Positions 1 through 10,508 of a stretch of 64,000 bases of DNA are shown piece after piece. Within the stretch, counting starts at the first letter, position 1. Every line of letters begins with the position of its first letter. The notes beneath the pieces were generated by a model. The model ran no database searches. It saw only the letters and a program-made list of their open reading frames with translations, and had not been told where the DNA came from. The position numbers and the translations under genes are program-made. Source of the stretch: Iphione sp. A-MEVVRFRX5 (lineage: Eukaryota); assembly GCA_976226885.1 (NCBI GenBank), contig OZ320321.1:55428001-55492000 (forward strand). The letters are read 5' to 3'.

Positions 1-651
1 ACAGAGAAAACCATCCCTTTCCGTCCTGAGCCATTTTCTTTGCTTCTTTGTATAATGTTCCAATTTCTTTCAAGTCACTCTCACTTTTTACTTCCATGAA
101 ATTTTGGGTCTTCCCGTCTTACTTTTACCTTGAGGTCACCACTCCATGCACTGTTTGGTGATTCGGGCTCTTTCTGACAGAGAAAGTATCATAAAAACAC
201 CCCTTTCCCATTAAATCGCACGCATGCAAAGTCATGAAAACAGCGTTCATTATGTGTGTGATTTTCAGAACAATGATGCACACCAATCAGCAATAGGAAT
301 GCAGATACCAGCGGGTAACCTTTATGTATGAAGTCAGTCAAGTGACACAATGACATGCGCACACACTCTTCCTCTGACATAGGCCTACAGCACATGTAGA
401 TCTAAACAGGTGAACACATTTAGTAGGTAGCAGGATAAAAAAGAAACGCTACAATAACTACAATGCCTCACTGCATACATTGTGTACTGATACAGGAGAA
501 AATCCACCATGTTGCACTGAACTGCCTATGGGGCAATGTTTTTAAGTGGTAGTGTAAATGCTATACATAGGCCTATGTTTCCTATGGTAAAGTCTACTTT
601 TTATTACGCTGTTGACCATCTTCATTCTTCTTGGTCACGGGTCTTTCATAC

Positions 652-878
652 TGTGGCATGAGTGCGGGGATGCATGTGGGGTGTGTGTGCATGAGTGACT
701 GAGCGGGAGAATGGTACGTGCGGAGTGCGGGTCAATGTGTACGTAAATGCTCCACAGTGATTGTTATATAAGGGGTGAGTTGGAGATGGGGGTGCCAGTT
801 GCTGGGGAACGTTCTGTGAATAAACATCTTGGATTGCAAATTGTGTGATGAGTCTTTGTAGCGGTCGCCCGCATAACA
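652..878 (+). repeat. 5' LTR
   Basis: TG...CA ends, TATATAA box, AATAAA; by eye roughly 90% or more identical to 2879-3118. Confidence 0.92.
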
Positions 879-879
879 T

Positions 880-897
880 TGGTGTCAGCAGTGGGAT
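880..897 (+). promoter_or_regulatory. Primer-binding site, tRNA-Leu type
   Basis: TGGTGTCAGCAGTGGGAT, 1 nt after the LTR; close to the complement of the tRNA-Leu 3' end (ATCCCACTNCTGACACCA). Confidence 0.8.
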
Positions 898-928
898 AGG
901 GCCTGGGCGAGAAGAGGAGTACGCGCAA

Positions 929-1996
929 ATGCCCAGAAGGAAGAGTTCTAACCCGCCAACGCGCAGTGGGACAACAAAGAAAAAGGGTGCCATGTTCTCA
1001 GCAGGAAGGGGAGGCAAGACTGAAGAGGCAGCGTGCGGATGGTTGATGCGAGGTGCAACCGCACCCCACACTGGTGCGGAGATGGAGGAAGCAGATGATA
1101 CCCTCTCTGTACCCTGTGGAATTGTGCCGCACACCCCTCTACCCCACTCCCGCGGGGTGTCACCACGTGGTGCGGAGAGACGCCGCGCCCTCTCCCCACA
1201 CCCTGGGGACCCCCACCAGGACATGCAAGCCTGGCGACCAAGCATGCTCGGGTCGACATGGGAAGAGGATGCGGCCTCAGACGAAGGAAGTGAGGGAGGA
1301 GAAGAGGAAGAACCAGGAGATAGCGGAGAGCCTTTGGCAGAGAACAGGCAGCCAAACCCAGCAACTGAGCCCACCCTTCTCCAAGGACTGGCCCAGGCCA
1401 TTGTGCCCGGAGTACGTGAGGTGACGGGTCAACAGGAGGGGGTGAAAAGGAGTGTAGCGAAACCCGAGCTGTATGACGGGACAACGCCACTTACTGATTA
1501 CATACAGCATTTTGAATGGGTGGCACTGGCGAATAAATGGGATGAGCAGCAGAAGGCCCTGCAAATGCGCATACACCTGTGCAAGTCGGCCCGGGCTATC
1601 CTCCGTACGATTCCTTGGAGGGAAAATGATCCACAGGCCTACAGTAAGCTTTTGCAGCTGCTCAGATGTCGATTCATGTCGAAGGATCAAGCTGGACTCT
1701 TTGAACAGCAACTTAAGAGCAAAAGACAGACCAAGGATGAAGACCTCAATCAGTTGGCCGAAGAAATCGAATGCCTAGTTCGTCAGGCATACCCCGAGGC
1801 CGAGGGGTCATGGCTCAACCGCATGTGCCGGGAGTATTTTACTGGAGCGCTGAGAGATAAGAGGCATACCAGTGTGGTTGGACAGACAGTTACTATGGTG
1901 ATTAGCCAAGTGATCACCACTGAGCGACTGGCCGAAGGAAATGTCCTCCATTTCAAACTATGGTACATGGACCGGGCGGCGGGAATAGAGGGGTGA
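929..1996 (+). CDS. Retrotransposon Gag-like protein (capsid region), C-terminus probably truncated or rearranged
   Basis: KPELYDGTTPLTDYIQHFEWVALANKWDEQQKALQMRIHL...FEQQLKSKRQTKDEDLNQLAEEIECLVRQAYP is typical gypsy gag CA. ATG at 929 is the first start after the PBS. Confidence 0.85.
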   Translation: MPRRKSSNPPTRSGTTKKKGAMFSAGRGGKTEEAACGWLMRGATAPHTGAEMEEADDTLSVPCGIVPHTPLPHSRGVSPRGAERRRALSPHPGDPHQDMQAWRPSMLGSTWEEDAASDEGSEGGEEEEPGDSGEPLAENRQPNPATEPTLLQGLAQAIVPGVREVTGQQEGVKRSVAKPELYDGTTPLTDYIQHFEWVALANKWDEQQKALQMRIHLCKSARAILRTIPWRENDPQAYSKLLQLLRCRFMSKDQAGLFEQQLKSKRQTKDEDLNQLAEEIECLVRQAYPEAEGSWLNRMCREYFTGALRDKRHTSVVGQTVTMVISQVITTERLAEGNVLHFKLWYMDRAAGIEG

Positions 1997-2878
1997 CAAC
2001 CCTGACTGCGAGATGACTTGTGGTCGATGCATTGTGAACTGAACCGTCGCATTTTCACTATCCGCGAGGAGTTTGTGTATCAGCTGCAGGACTAAGGACT
2101 CTGTTAACATGAGGTTACCCTCAGGGATATGTCAAGTTTTGGTTAGCTTAGCCTATTAACTACCCCTTGGGGTGGAGTACTCTCCCCTCTGGAGAGCAGT
2201 TTTTTATACGGGCAGGAGGAGAGTTCTAGACCAGGCCACTTTAGGCCCCTCTTGCAGGTGTGACCAGGTAGCGGAGCACCTCTGGCACTGTACTGTGCTC
2301 ATTTTTGCTGTGTTATCAAGTTGTTGTAAGTTTTATTCTTATTTATTTGTAGAGCTCAGCTCTGGTGCTATTTGCACTGTTTTCATTTCTTGTAATCTAT
2401 CTGTATGATGTATGACTCAAGCTGCTGTAAGCCTTACCCCATGTACTTGGGCTGTTCTTTCATATTACCCTCCCACTTAGAGAGAAGAGCTGGTTAGAGC
2501 TTCGTTACGTATGGGACTATTTAGAGGTTGTGTTCGATTGGATAGATCAGTATGATGCTAACCCCTTGGGGTGGAGTACTCTCCCCTCTGGAGAGCTGTT
2601 ATTTCTTGGCCACTGTTGGCCTTTTGCTAGCTCATGTATTTGGGCTATTCTTTTTTTTTGGTTACTCTCCCCTTGGAGAGAAGAGATGCCAAGTTAGATG
2701 GAGAATTGCATAGTAGTAAGCCCTTTTGGCTACTGTAGGCCACAACCCATGTACTTGGGTTCATTAGTATTCCAGTTGAGAAGTGTTACCGTCATTTGTT
2801 CCTTTAAAAGCCTGTACTGGCTATTGTAGTTGACGTTGCCTAAGGCATTACCGGGACGGTAAGACTAAGCCGGGGGAG

Positions 2879-3118
2879 TGTGGCGCGAGTGCGGGGATGC
2901 GTGCGGGGATGCGTGCAGGGTGTTTGTGCATGAGTGACTGTGTGGGAGAATGGTACGTGCGGAGTGCGGGTCAAAGTGTGTGTGAATGCTCCACAGTGAT
3001 TGTTATATAATGGGTGAGTTGGAGATAGGGGGTGCCAGTTGCTGGGGAACGTTCTGTGAACAAACATCTTGGATTGCAAATTGTGTGATGAGTCTTCGTA
3101 GCGGTCGCGCACATAACA
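2879..3118 (+). repeat. 3' LTR
   Basis: Copy of 652-878 with a short duplication near its start; poly(A) signal mutated to AACAAA. Confidence 0.92.
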
Positions 3119-4237
3119 ATACTAATGATAGTTATAGTTGAGCTACTTTAGTTCAGAAGAAAGGTAAGGGACCTTACAAACATAATTCACGACATGATAA
3201 CTATGGATCAAGAATTCAGCTTGGCACCCCGCACTAATGGCAACTTCTCTTTCACTGAAAAGCTTTTATTCCAGAAGAAGTAAGTTTTTTGGAATCAACA
3301 AAAACAACTTTTTTTTTTTGAACTCGGCGTCAGCCAGTTTATTTCAAGAATATTGCAACAGCATATGTGACAATGACGCTTTTGTTTTTATAATGGAAAG
3401 AAAAAAAGATAAGTACTTCTTAATGCTAACAGCAAAGTTATACAAAAGAGTAGTCAGTATCAAGCACCATCTTCCATGTTTTACTCTTCTTAAAATGACC
3501 TTTTTTGGCTTCAGTGAGGCTAATAATACTGACACTATTCTGTAACTCCTTCAGCCAAATATTTGGGTTGATATACCCCTCATGAAATTTCTTCTGTCTA
3601 AAAAGAATGAACTTAGTGAGGAGTATGATGTACATGTAGTTGAGAATGTAAATATATGGTATTTTATCAAAAACACCAAAAATAATGTCTGTTTCATTTA
3701 GAAAGGTTATGTCCGTGCTGAAAACAGTATGCCACCACTGGGATATCTGGTTCCATAAATGAGCTGATATAGGACAATGCCAGAAAAAGTGTGTGATAGT
3801 ATCTTCTGCATCACAAAAATCACATTGGGGGCTAGCAGTTACTCTGATTCTGTATAAATAGTGATTACATACCACAATTCTATGCAGAATTTTATACTGA
3901 AATGACTGTAGTTTAGTATCATAGGAATACTTAAAGGCACAGGTGAAGACATTTTTCCATTCAAACGTATCAAATTCCTTTATAAGAATACATTGAGACC
4001 ATTTTATTTTGGCAGGTATCTGAGCACCTTCCATGTTCAAAGTGATATCATATAATTTCTTGGCCCTTAGGGATTGGATGTTATAGGCTTGATTTTGATC
4101 TTCTATAAAAATGGAGTGAAATTCCAACATATTACATAGTCCATCAAACCCCAAACTGTAAGGGGGCCTTAGGCCATGCTTTAACCTGGTGTAGTCTTCT
4201 TCACATATCTGTATGCCAAACCTTTCCTGTATCCTAT

Positions 4238-4566
4238 TGTTGGAGCCACAGTGTGGCTGCGGTGCCGCGGCACACGCGGGGTGCTGCGGCACCAGTAGAT
4301 CGGACTGGTAGGGTGCTGCGGCACGCCCCCGTGCGGCACTCGAAGGGGTGCTGCGGAGCTAGGAGGGGTTCGGTACCCGGATGCAGCAGAGACGGATGCT
4401 GAAGAGACTGGGGATGGGTATATAAGGGAGTTGGCCCTCTGGGCAGTTCAGTCTACCGTTGGTGCTCATTGTTGGTGCTTGCTTGTTGGTGCTTGTTCTT
4501 ACCTTTACTGAATAAACCTCATCACCTTAACTGGAGTTATGTCATACTTGCGGAGTGGACGTTACA
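4238..4566 (+). mobile_element. Solo LTR inserted in LINE ORF2 (opposite orientation)
   Basis: TG...CA ends, TATATAAG, AATAAA, 4-bp TSD CTAT (4234-4237 and 4567-4570). Removing it restores the ORF2 reading ...LLSLNRIQERFG... Confidence 0.9.
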
Positions 4567-4828
4567 CTATTCAGGGAAAGAAGCCTTCCCCGAGTGTCTA
4601 GGAGTTGACCAACGAACCTAACATCAGCTTTTTCCCACTTTTCCCTTAGACACCCAAGGTAGGCCTGATCCAAAAAATCATTTATCCAGAGATAGTCTGT
4701 ACAGATAGATTGTGGTTTAGTAGGAGGATAATAGTAAAACTTTTTCCAAATCAGGCAGACTTCTCTAAAAAATGGATGCTGAATGCTTCTTAATTGTCTT
4801 CCTGATTTTTGCTTAAAAAACATAGGTA

Positions 4829-5614
4829 CAGGAAAAACTCGCTTTGCGACCATCACTTGGGCCGGCCCAAAATGGTCGTAATTCTGAATATGGTCGCAAA
4901 GTGATTGTGTATGGGGGTCTGGGCTTAAAATCATATCCCTTTCTCCCTCTCTCTTTATTAACATATGAAACATCCGAAAAGTGCTGAATTTGATGACTTT
5001 AGGTCCAAAAAGTGCTGAATTTGATGACTAAAAGTCCAAAAAGTGCTGAATTTGATGACTTTAAGTCCAAAAAGTGCTGAATTTGATGATTAAAAGTGAC
5101 TCAAAGAGGTGAGAGACCATCAAAGACGTCGCAGTTGACACCCCCAACCACTAATGGCAGACCCTCTCCAGGGTGAGAGACCATCAAAGACGTCGCAGTT
5201 GAAGCCCCTGACACCCCGCGACCACTCTTGGCCTCACCCCTCCAGGGTGAGAGACCATCAAAGAAGTCACCGTTGATGCCCGCGACACCCCGCGACCACT
5301 CTTGGCCTCACCCCTCCAGGGTGAGAGACCATCAAAGAAGTCACCGTTGACGCCCGCGACCACTCTCGGGCTACCCCTCCAGGGTGAGAGACCATCAAAG
5401 TCGTCGAAGTTGGTTGCAAAGTGATCTTAAAATGTACTAAAAACGACCCTAGGAGGTGTGGTCGGACACTGAATATGGTCGGAAAGCAATATGGTCGCAA
5501 AGTAAGACACTGTCATATAGAGAATGTACTAAAAATAATTCCGTTCCGACCCAAAATGGTCGCAATAGTCGATTTGGTCGCAAAGTGAGGAGGTCGCAAA
5601 GGGAGTTTCTCCTG
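4829..5614. mobile_element. Tc1/mariner-type MITE with internal tandem repeats, inserted in LINE ORF2
   Basis: TIRs CAGGA(A/G)AAACTC(G/C)CTTTGCGACC, TA TSD. Removal restores ...KTKNIPMFFKQ... Internal about 30-bp repeats (4975-5095) and about 60-70-bp repeats (5107-5405). Confidence 0.88.
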
Positions 5615-8526
5615 TATATTTTTTGTTTTGAGAGCTTTCCTTACCAACACCATGTGTACATCATCTTTATTAACATCAGTCAGGAGACTGATTAGCTTGA
5701 TTCTGTTAGCATACCACCTGTGTTGAAGTGACACAAGATTAAGCCCACCATCTTGTATAGCTAGATGTAGTGTATTCTTAGCAATTTTAGGCCTCTTATT
5801 ATTCCATATGAACTCACTAACAATTCTGTTGAATTTTTCTAATACTTTACATGGAACTCTAGAATTGTAAACTGCAAAGGCAATAGTAGGTATCATTAGA
5901 GTATTCACAATAGTGACCCTACCCTTCAGTGAAAGGTTGTGGGACATCCACCTGTTTGAAATTTGTTGACATGTAGATAACCTTTTATCAAAATTCAGGC
6001 AATAACATACATCATCTGACAGAGGACAATTTCTGTACATCATACCTAGTACTTTGATCTGTGTTGTCCATTTTATATCAAACCTGCACTCCTCTTGCTG
6101 AAATACACCAATCTTTAGTCCCTTAGTTTTGGCAGGATTGAGAGAGATACCGGATTCTTCTTTAATGTCATTAAGAACATCCAAGGCAGCATTAACATCC
6201 GCTATGGATTCACAGAACAGCACCATATCATCAGCGTACTGCATAATCTTGATATTTTTATCATCAATCATTAGTCCATGAAACCTGGAGGAACTTCTTA
6301 ACTATTCTGCGATTAGTTCTACAGAGAGGATAAAGAGTAGAAGGGACAAAGGACAGCCCTGTCTGACTCCTATACCTAAAGGGAAAGCCGGGCTAGTAAA
6401 TCCCTTGTTAATAAGGCAAGATTCTGCACCCTCATAAAGGAGTTTAATCCATCTCAAGAAAAAGGGTGGGAAACCAAAGAGGGTAAGAGCTTTACATACA
6501 AAATTCCATTTAATAGAATCAAAGGCCTTTTTAAAATCAGCTGAGATGATAATCCCATCCTGCTGAGTGGTATTTAAATACCATATAACATCTGAGAGTA
6601 ACCTGTGGTTATCATTAATGGATCTACCAGGTACAAAACCTGTTTGCATGGGATGTATTAGTCTGGGGGCTACTAATTTTAGTTTATCTGCTATTATAGT
6701 GGCTAGCACCTTATATTCTACGTTCAGAAGGGAAAGGGGCCTCCAATCAGTCAAATATTGTGAATCTGTGTCTGGTTTGGGGATCAATATGATAACAGCT
6801 CTTCGAAGAGAAGGAGCTAGCTCGCTGGCATCAAAAGCTTCTAAATACGCCAAATAAATCATGTCTATTATATCACTGCTAAATCTCTTATAAAATTCGG
6901 CTGTAAATCTGTCCATATCAGGGGCTTTGTTATCTTTAATCTTTTTAATGGCCTGGCTAAAGTCTATCAGGGTGATCCCTTCCTTTAATCTGTCACTCTC
7001 CTCCTCAGTTAAGGACCCTATGTGTGGATATTCCTCTCTGTCTCCTGTGGTACAGACCTCTTCAGGTGAAAGTGAAAATCCTTCCCCCTTATACAGAGTG
7101 GAAAAATAATCATATTCTAATGCTAGTATTTCTTTGTTAGAAGTCACCATTTCCTGCTTATCATTCAACAATAAGTGAATTGTTTTTTTTTGCTTGTCTG
7201 CTCTTTTCCATATTTAAAAAATACTTAGTAGGCTTTTCACCATATTTGGCCCAAGTGACCTTGGATCTAAAAAGAGCACCTCTTGCTTCTCTTTTCTCCA
7301 TATCTTTAAGTTCAGTTATTAGCTGATTATATTCCTCCAGGGCTTCAGGTGTCAACTCACCAGACACATCAAGCGTCTGTTCTAGTATTTGAAATCTCTC
7401 CGCAGCAACCTGTTGTTTTGCTCTTTGCTGTTGATTCTTTTCTTTAGAGAATTGTATGCAAAATTGCTTGATCTGGAATTTAATATATTCCCACTTAGCC
7501 AAATGGGAAAGATTTGTTATGGTAAACCACCAGGTTAGAATGTTTTCAGACAGGGTGCTACAGAAGGATTCATCAACCAATAACATATTATTGAATTTCC
7601 AATAGCCAGGACCTATGGTTTCTATAGAGGTAATAATATCAATCGTAATAATATTATGGTCAGAATGAGCAAAAGAAATAATATAAGTTTTAACCACACT
7701 GGTTAGTAAATCATCAGAAATTAAGAAAAAGTCAATTCTAGATGCTCTATGCGCTGAGCGCCAGGTATACCTCCTGCTACCAGGGTGTTGTACACGCCAA
7801 ACATCACATAGGTGAGCCCTCTGCAAAAATTCCATCAATGATGAACACTGCCTATTTTTCCTGTTTTGACCAGCAACGCTCTGTTTATCCAAAGAAACAT
7901 TAAATACCTGGTTAAAATCTCCACCAAAAAGGAAGGGTTCTGATACATATTGAGCCCTAATATTTACCAAGTCATTAAATAATGTTCGCTGGTCATGTAC
8001 GAATTGCGCTACTGAGAAGTACACAGTAACAAGATTCAATATGTTATTTGAACCACCAATCTTGAGTCTGATATGAATATATCTATCATTGGGGTCACAG
8101 TTCTGTTCCAATAATGAATAATTCAGACCCGAACTTAGGAGAATAGCAGTTCCTCTGGATGAGGAAGTCCCACGTGCAGCCAGCCATAAACCTCTCCATT
8201 GTTTTTGCCAGAAGGGCAATGTCTGAGGGGTTGAATGAGTTTCTTGTAGAAAAATAATTTTGGCCTTTTGCCTACGAAGTGTGTCCAGTATTAAACGTCT
8301 CTTAATGACTTGCTTCAAGCCTCTTACATTCAGGGAGCAGATTCGAATACTGTCACCAATCATAGGAGTTCATGTGAAAATCGCAGAGAGTGCTGAAGTG
8401 TCAAAAATGGCTGAAAATAACAACAACAATGAAACAAACAAATAACTGGAAGATAGGAAGCTGAGAGCATTAGTGTCCACTATCAGGCTTAGCTTCCTCA
8501 GCAGAGGGGAGGGACATGTCTGTAGC

Positions 8527-8960
8527 CCTAATCTCCATAAGCATGTTACCATGTTCGACTGAACTAGGCTGATCGAACAAGGGCATGAGTGTGGTGTAGA
8601 TGAAGGCCTGTACCCCAGAATTTCTCCTTAGACTCAAGTCCTATCGTCTTGTCCTCAGTGCCCTGGAGACAGGCCCGGAATTCATCGTCGGTGAGATATT
8701 TGTAGGTGAGAATTTCTTTAATGCAGGCCAGTTCCTGCACAGAGTCGTTATCTTTAAGACGAATCTGATACATGATGGAAGCCAAGTGTCAGGCATCTGT
8801 GTTTCTTTGAGCTTGACAAGCGAGCTTGGTCAATCCAAGGGAAACAGCACATGTGACTGCGGTAGCACGAGGAATAGATTGGAATTGCTCACCACGAAAT
8901 TCCAAGGGATGCGCATATGACGTGGATAAAGGTGCGTGTATTCCCACAAAGATATAGACA
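8527..8960 (-). pseudogene. NADAR/YbiA-like domain at the ORF1 C-terminus
   Basis: VYIFVGIHAPLSTSYAHPLEFRGEQFQSI...(TGA at 8789-8791)...KEILTYKYLTDDEFRACLQGTEDKTIGLESKEKFWGTGL, in frame with ORF1. The terminal GNMLMEIR helix lies in a shifted frame at 8527-8550. Confidence 0.75.
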
Positions 8961-9859
8961 TTGGGCGACATACGTGAAGCAAGTGCTTTGGGTTGCAGGG
9001 ATGAGGGCAATGCATGGAGACAAGTGTAGTCGTACTCGACCCCATCTAAGATGAGAGTGTCATCTTTCAACAGAATGGAACGGTGATGGGCTTGAAATTT
9101 AGCCACCTTATAGACCCGTTGAAGGAGCTCCTTGCGTTCTCTCAAAATGTCAGGCAGATCCTCTCTTAACCATAGTTTCATCTCGGTGTAAGCCTTAAGT
9201 TTGGTGCGAGCCACCCAAATGCGATTGCGTTCAGTCAGAGATTTAAACCTCATAATAATAGAATGTGAAGGGATGCCGGGCTTACCTAAACAATGAACCA
9301 CGTCAAGATGTATTCCTGAAACACCCATGACATTCAGGAACAGTGACTCCATTGTAGTTTTAAGTTTATGCGTGGTCTCTTCCTCTATGTCTAGATGTCC
9401 GTCCAGGCAAAGATTGAGGTGTCTAGAATATCGCTTGACACGTAGGTGATGCTCCAGTTCAGTGTTCATTCTTGATTCCTGCAACGCCATTTTAGCTTCC
9501 AATAGATCCACTCGATCTTCGAGCATTGCTTGTGAAGATTGCATCGTTGAAATATTTCCGGCGTTTTCTTTCGCTTTCTCCGCAACCTCAGCAGTCTTCG
9601 TCTTGTTCTCTTCTGTATTCTTCATAAATTGCGAGACTTTCCCATTCATTTCTTTCAGCTCATTGTAAAGTGTAGTTAGGTCGATATCCTTTGGCGGTTT
9701 TCTGATTTCTTCTGTCGTTGTCTTGGAGACCTTCTGTTTAGTAGGTTTCGAGGGTTTGTCTGGTGATAATACCGCAGCAGCTGGTCGTTTATTGCTAGCT
9801 GCAATAAATTCCATCTTCTCCTCCAAGCGTACTTTAGCAGAGACCATTTTATCTGCCAT
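8789..9859 (-). CDS. LINE ORF1 (basic N-terminus, coiled coil, RRM-like/CTD region), continuing into a NADAR-like domain broken by an in-frame stop
   Basis: Heptad-rich segment followed by LDVVHCLGK...IIMRFKSLTERNRIW...LWLREDLP, typical of the L1/Tx1 ORF1 RRM region. Confidence 0.85.
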   Translation of the reverse strand: MADKMVSAKVRLEEKMEFIAASNKRPAAAVLSPDKPSKPTKQKVSKTTTEEIRKPPKDIDLTTLYNELKEMNGKVSQFMKNTEENKTKTAEVAEKAKENAGNISTMQSSQAMLEDRVDLLEAKMALQESRMNTELEHHLRVKRYSRHLNLCLDGHLDIEEETTHKLKTTMESLFLNVMGVSGIHLDVVHCLGKPGIPSHSIIMRFKSLTERNRIWVARTKLKAYTEMKLWLREDLPDILRERKELLQRVYKVAKFQAHHRSILLKDDTLILDGVEYDYTCLHALPSSLQPKALASRMSPNVYIFVGIHAPLSTSYAHPLEFRGEQFQSIPRATAVTCAVSLGLTKLACQAQRNTDA

Positions 9860-10508
9860 TTTTCAGAGCAGAACACTTTGACGACTTGAACAAAATGGCC
9901 GCAAACAGGTTGAAAATGTGCATTCTCACCGATTCACATCCTTGCCTCGTGATTTCTGGTATCCGTTCGTCGCCATATTGAAATTGCCTATGACGCTGAA
10001 CCACAGTTTCGCCCGGTAAGGTCTCTTCCTGCTACTTAACCCTCTATTTAAGTCCATTCCTTGATCTATGCAGTTTCACACGGGCACATCTAAATTTTCG
10101 GCTTAAAATTCAACCCCTAGACACCCCCCCCCCCCCGAGAAAATTGCAGGACCTACATAAGGCCCATGTTTACGTGTCAGCGCCAAGCCCTCTCTAACAA
10201 AAACAACTGACACAAGTTCTGCACCCCAGATCTTTTATAAGCCAACCGATAAGGGCTGGAGAACAGAATGTTACGGGTAACAGAAAATACCACATTTAAT
10301 AAAGATGGCCACAAATCTACACTGGGTAGGCCTACTAATGCTGACAACCAGTGCATGAGGCCCAGGGCTCCAAATAAGCAGGCCCTCACTCAGCAAAGGT
10401 GCAGCCGAGCGCTTGTGGCGCTCCCGTCAAGTCAGTGCTCTTGGTCGTTGGTGAACACTGCCATCTAGTGCTAATAGTGACATCTAGTGGCACGTGGTCA
10501 CTTTAAAG

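Larger units (their letters stand above)
652..3118 (+). mobile_element. Non-autonomous Ty3/gypsy-type LTR retroelement (LTR-PBS-gag-noncoding-PPT-LTR, no pol)
   Basis: Direct repeats 652-878 and 2879-3118 both start TG and end CA. A 4-bp TSD ATAC lies at 648-651 and 3119-3122. PBS TGGTGTCAGCAGTGGGAT at 880-897, purine tract AAGACTAAGCCGGGGGAG before the 3' LTR, and a gag-like ORF. No RT, RH or IN motifs in the 2.0-kb interior. Confidence 0.92.
3438..8363 (-). pseudogene. LINE ORF2 (APE endonuclease, reverse transcriptase, C-terminal CxxC...HxF/C domain), frameshifted and interrupted by two insertions
   Basis: SLNVRG, FLQETH, GGDFN, RIDFFL, SDH (APE, 7161-8363). WRPLSLLNVEYK, QTGF, DFKKAFDS, GVRQGCPLS, QYADD (RT, 5615-7171). 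CDFCDAEDTITHFFWHC (3438-4237). Frame breaks near 7170 and 6290. Confidence 0.93.
3309..10195 (-). mobile_element. Full-length, decayed L1/Tx1-type LINE (5' UTR, ORF1, ORF2, poly(A) tail)
   Basis: AATAAA followed by an A11 tail (T run 3309-3319). 12-bp TSD AACAAAAACAAC at 3297-3308 and 10196-10207. ORF1, APE endonuclease, RT and C-terminal Cys-motif domains are in order. Confidence 0.93.

Noticed and set aside
1-400. Possible coding remnant at the window start
   Set aside because: Only short open stretches with no identifiable motif or consistent splice sites.
3200-3308. snRNA, tRNA or 5S target-site specificity of the Tx1-like LINE
   Set aside because: The reconstructed empty site around AACAAAAACAAC shows no resemblance to U2, tRNA or 5S sequence that I can recognise.
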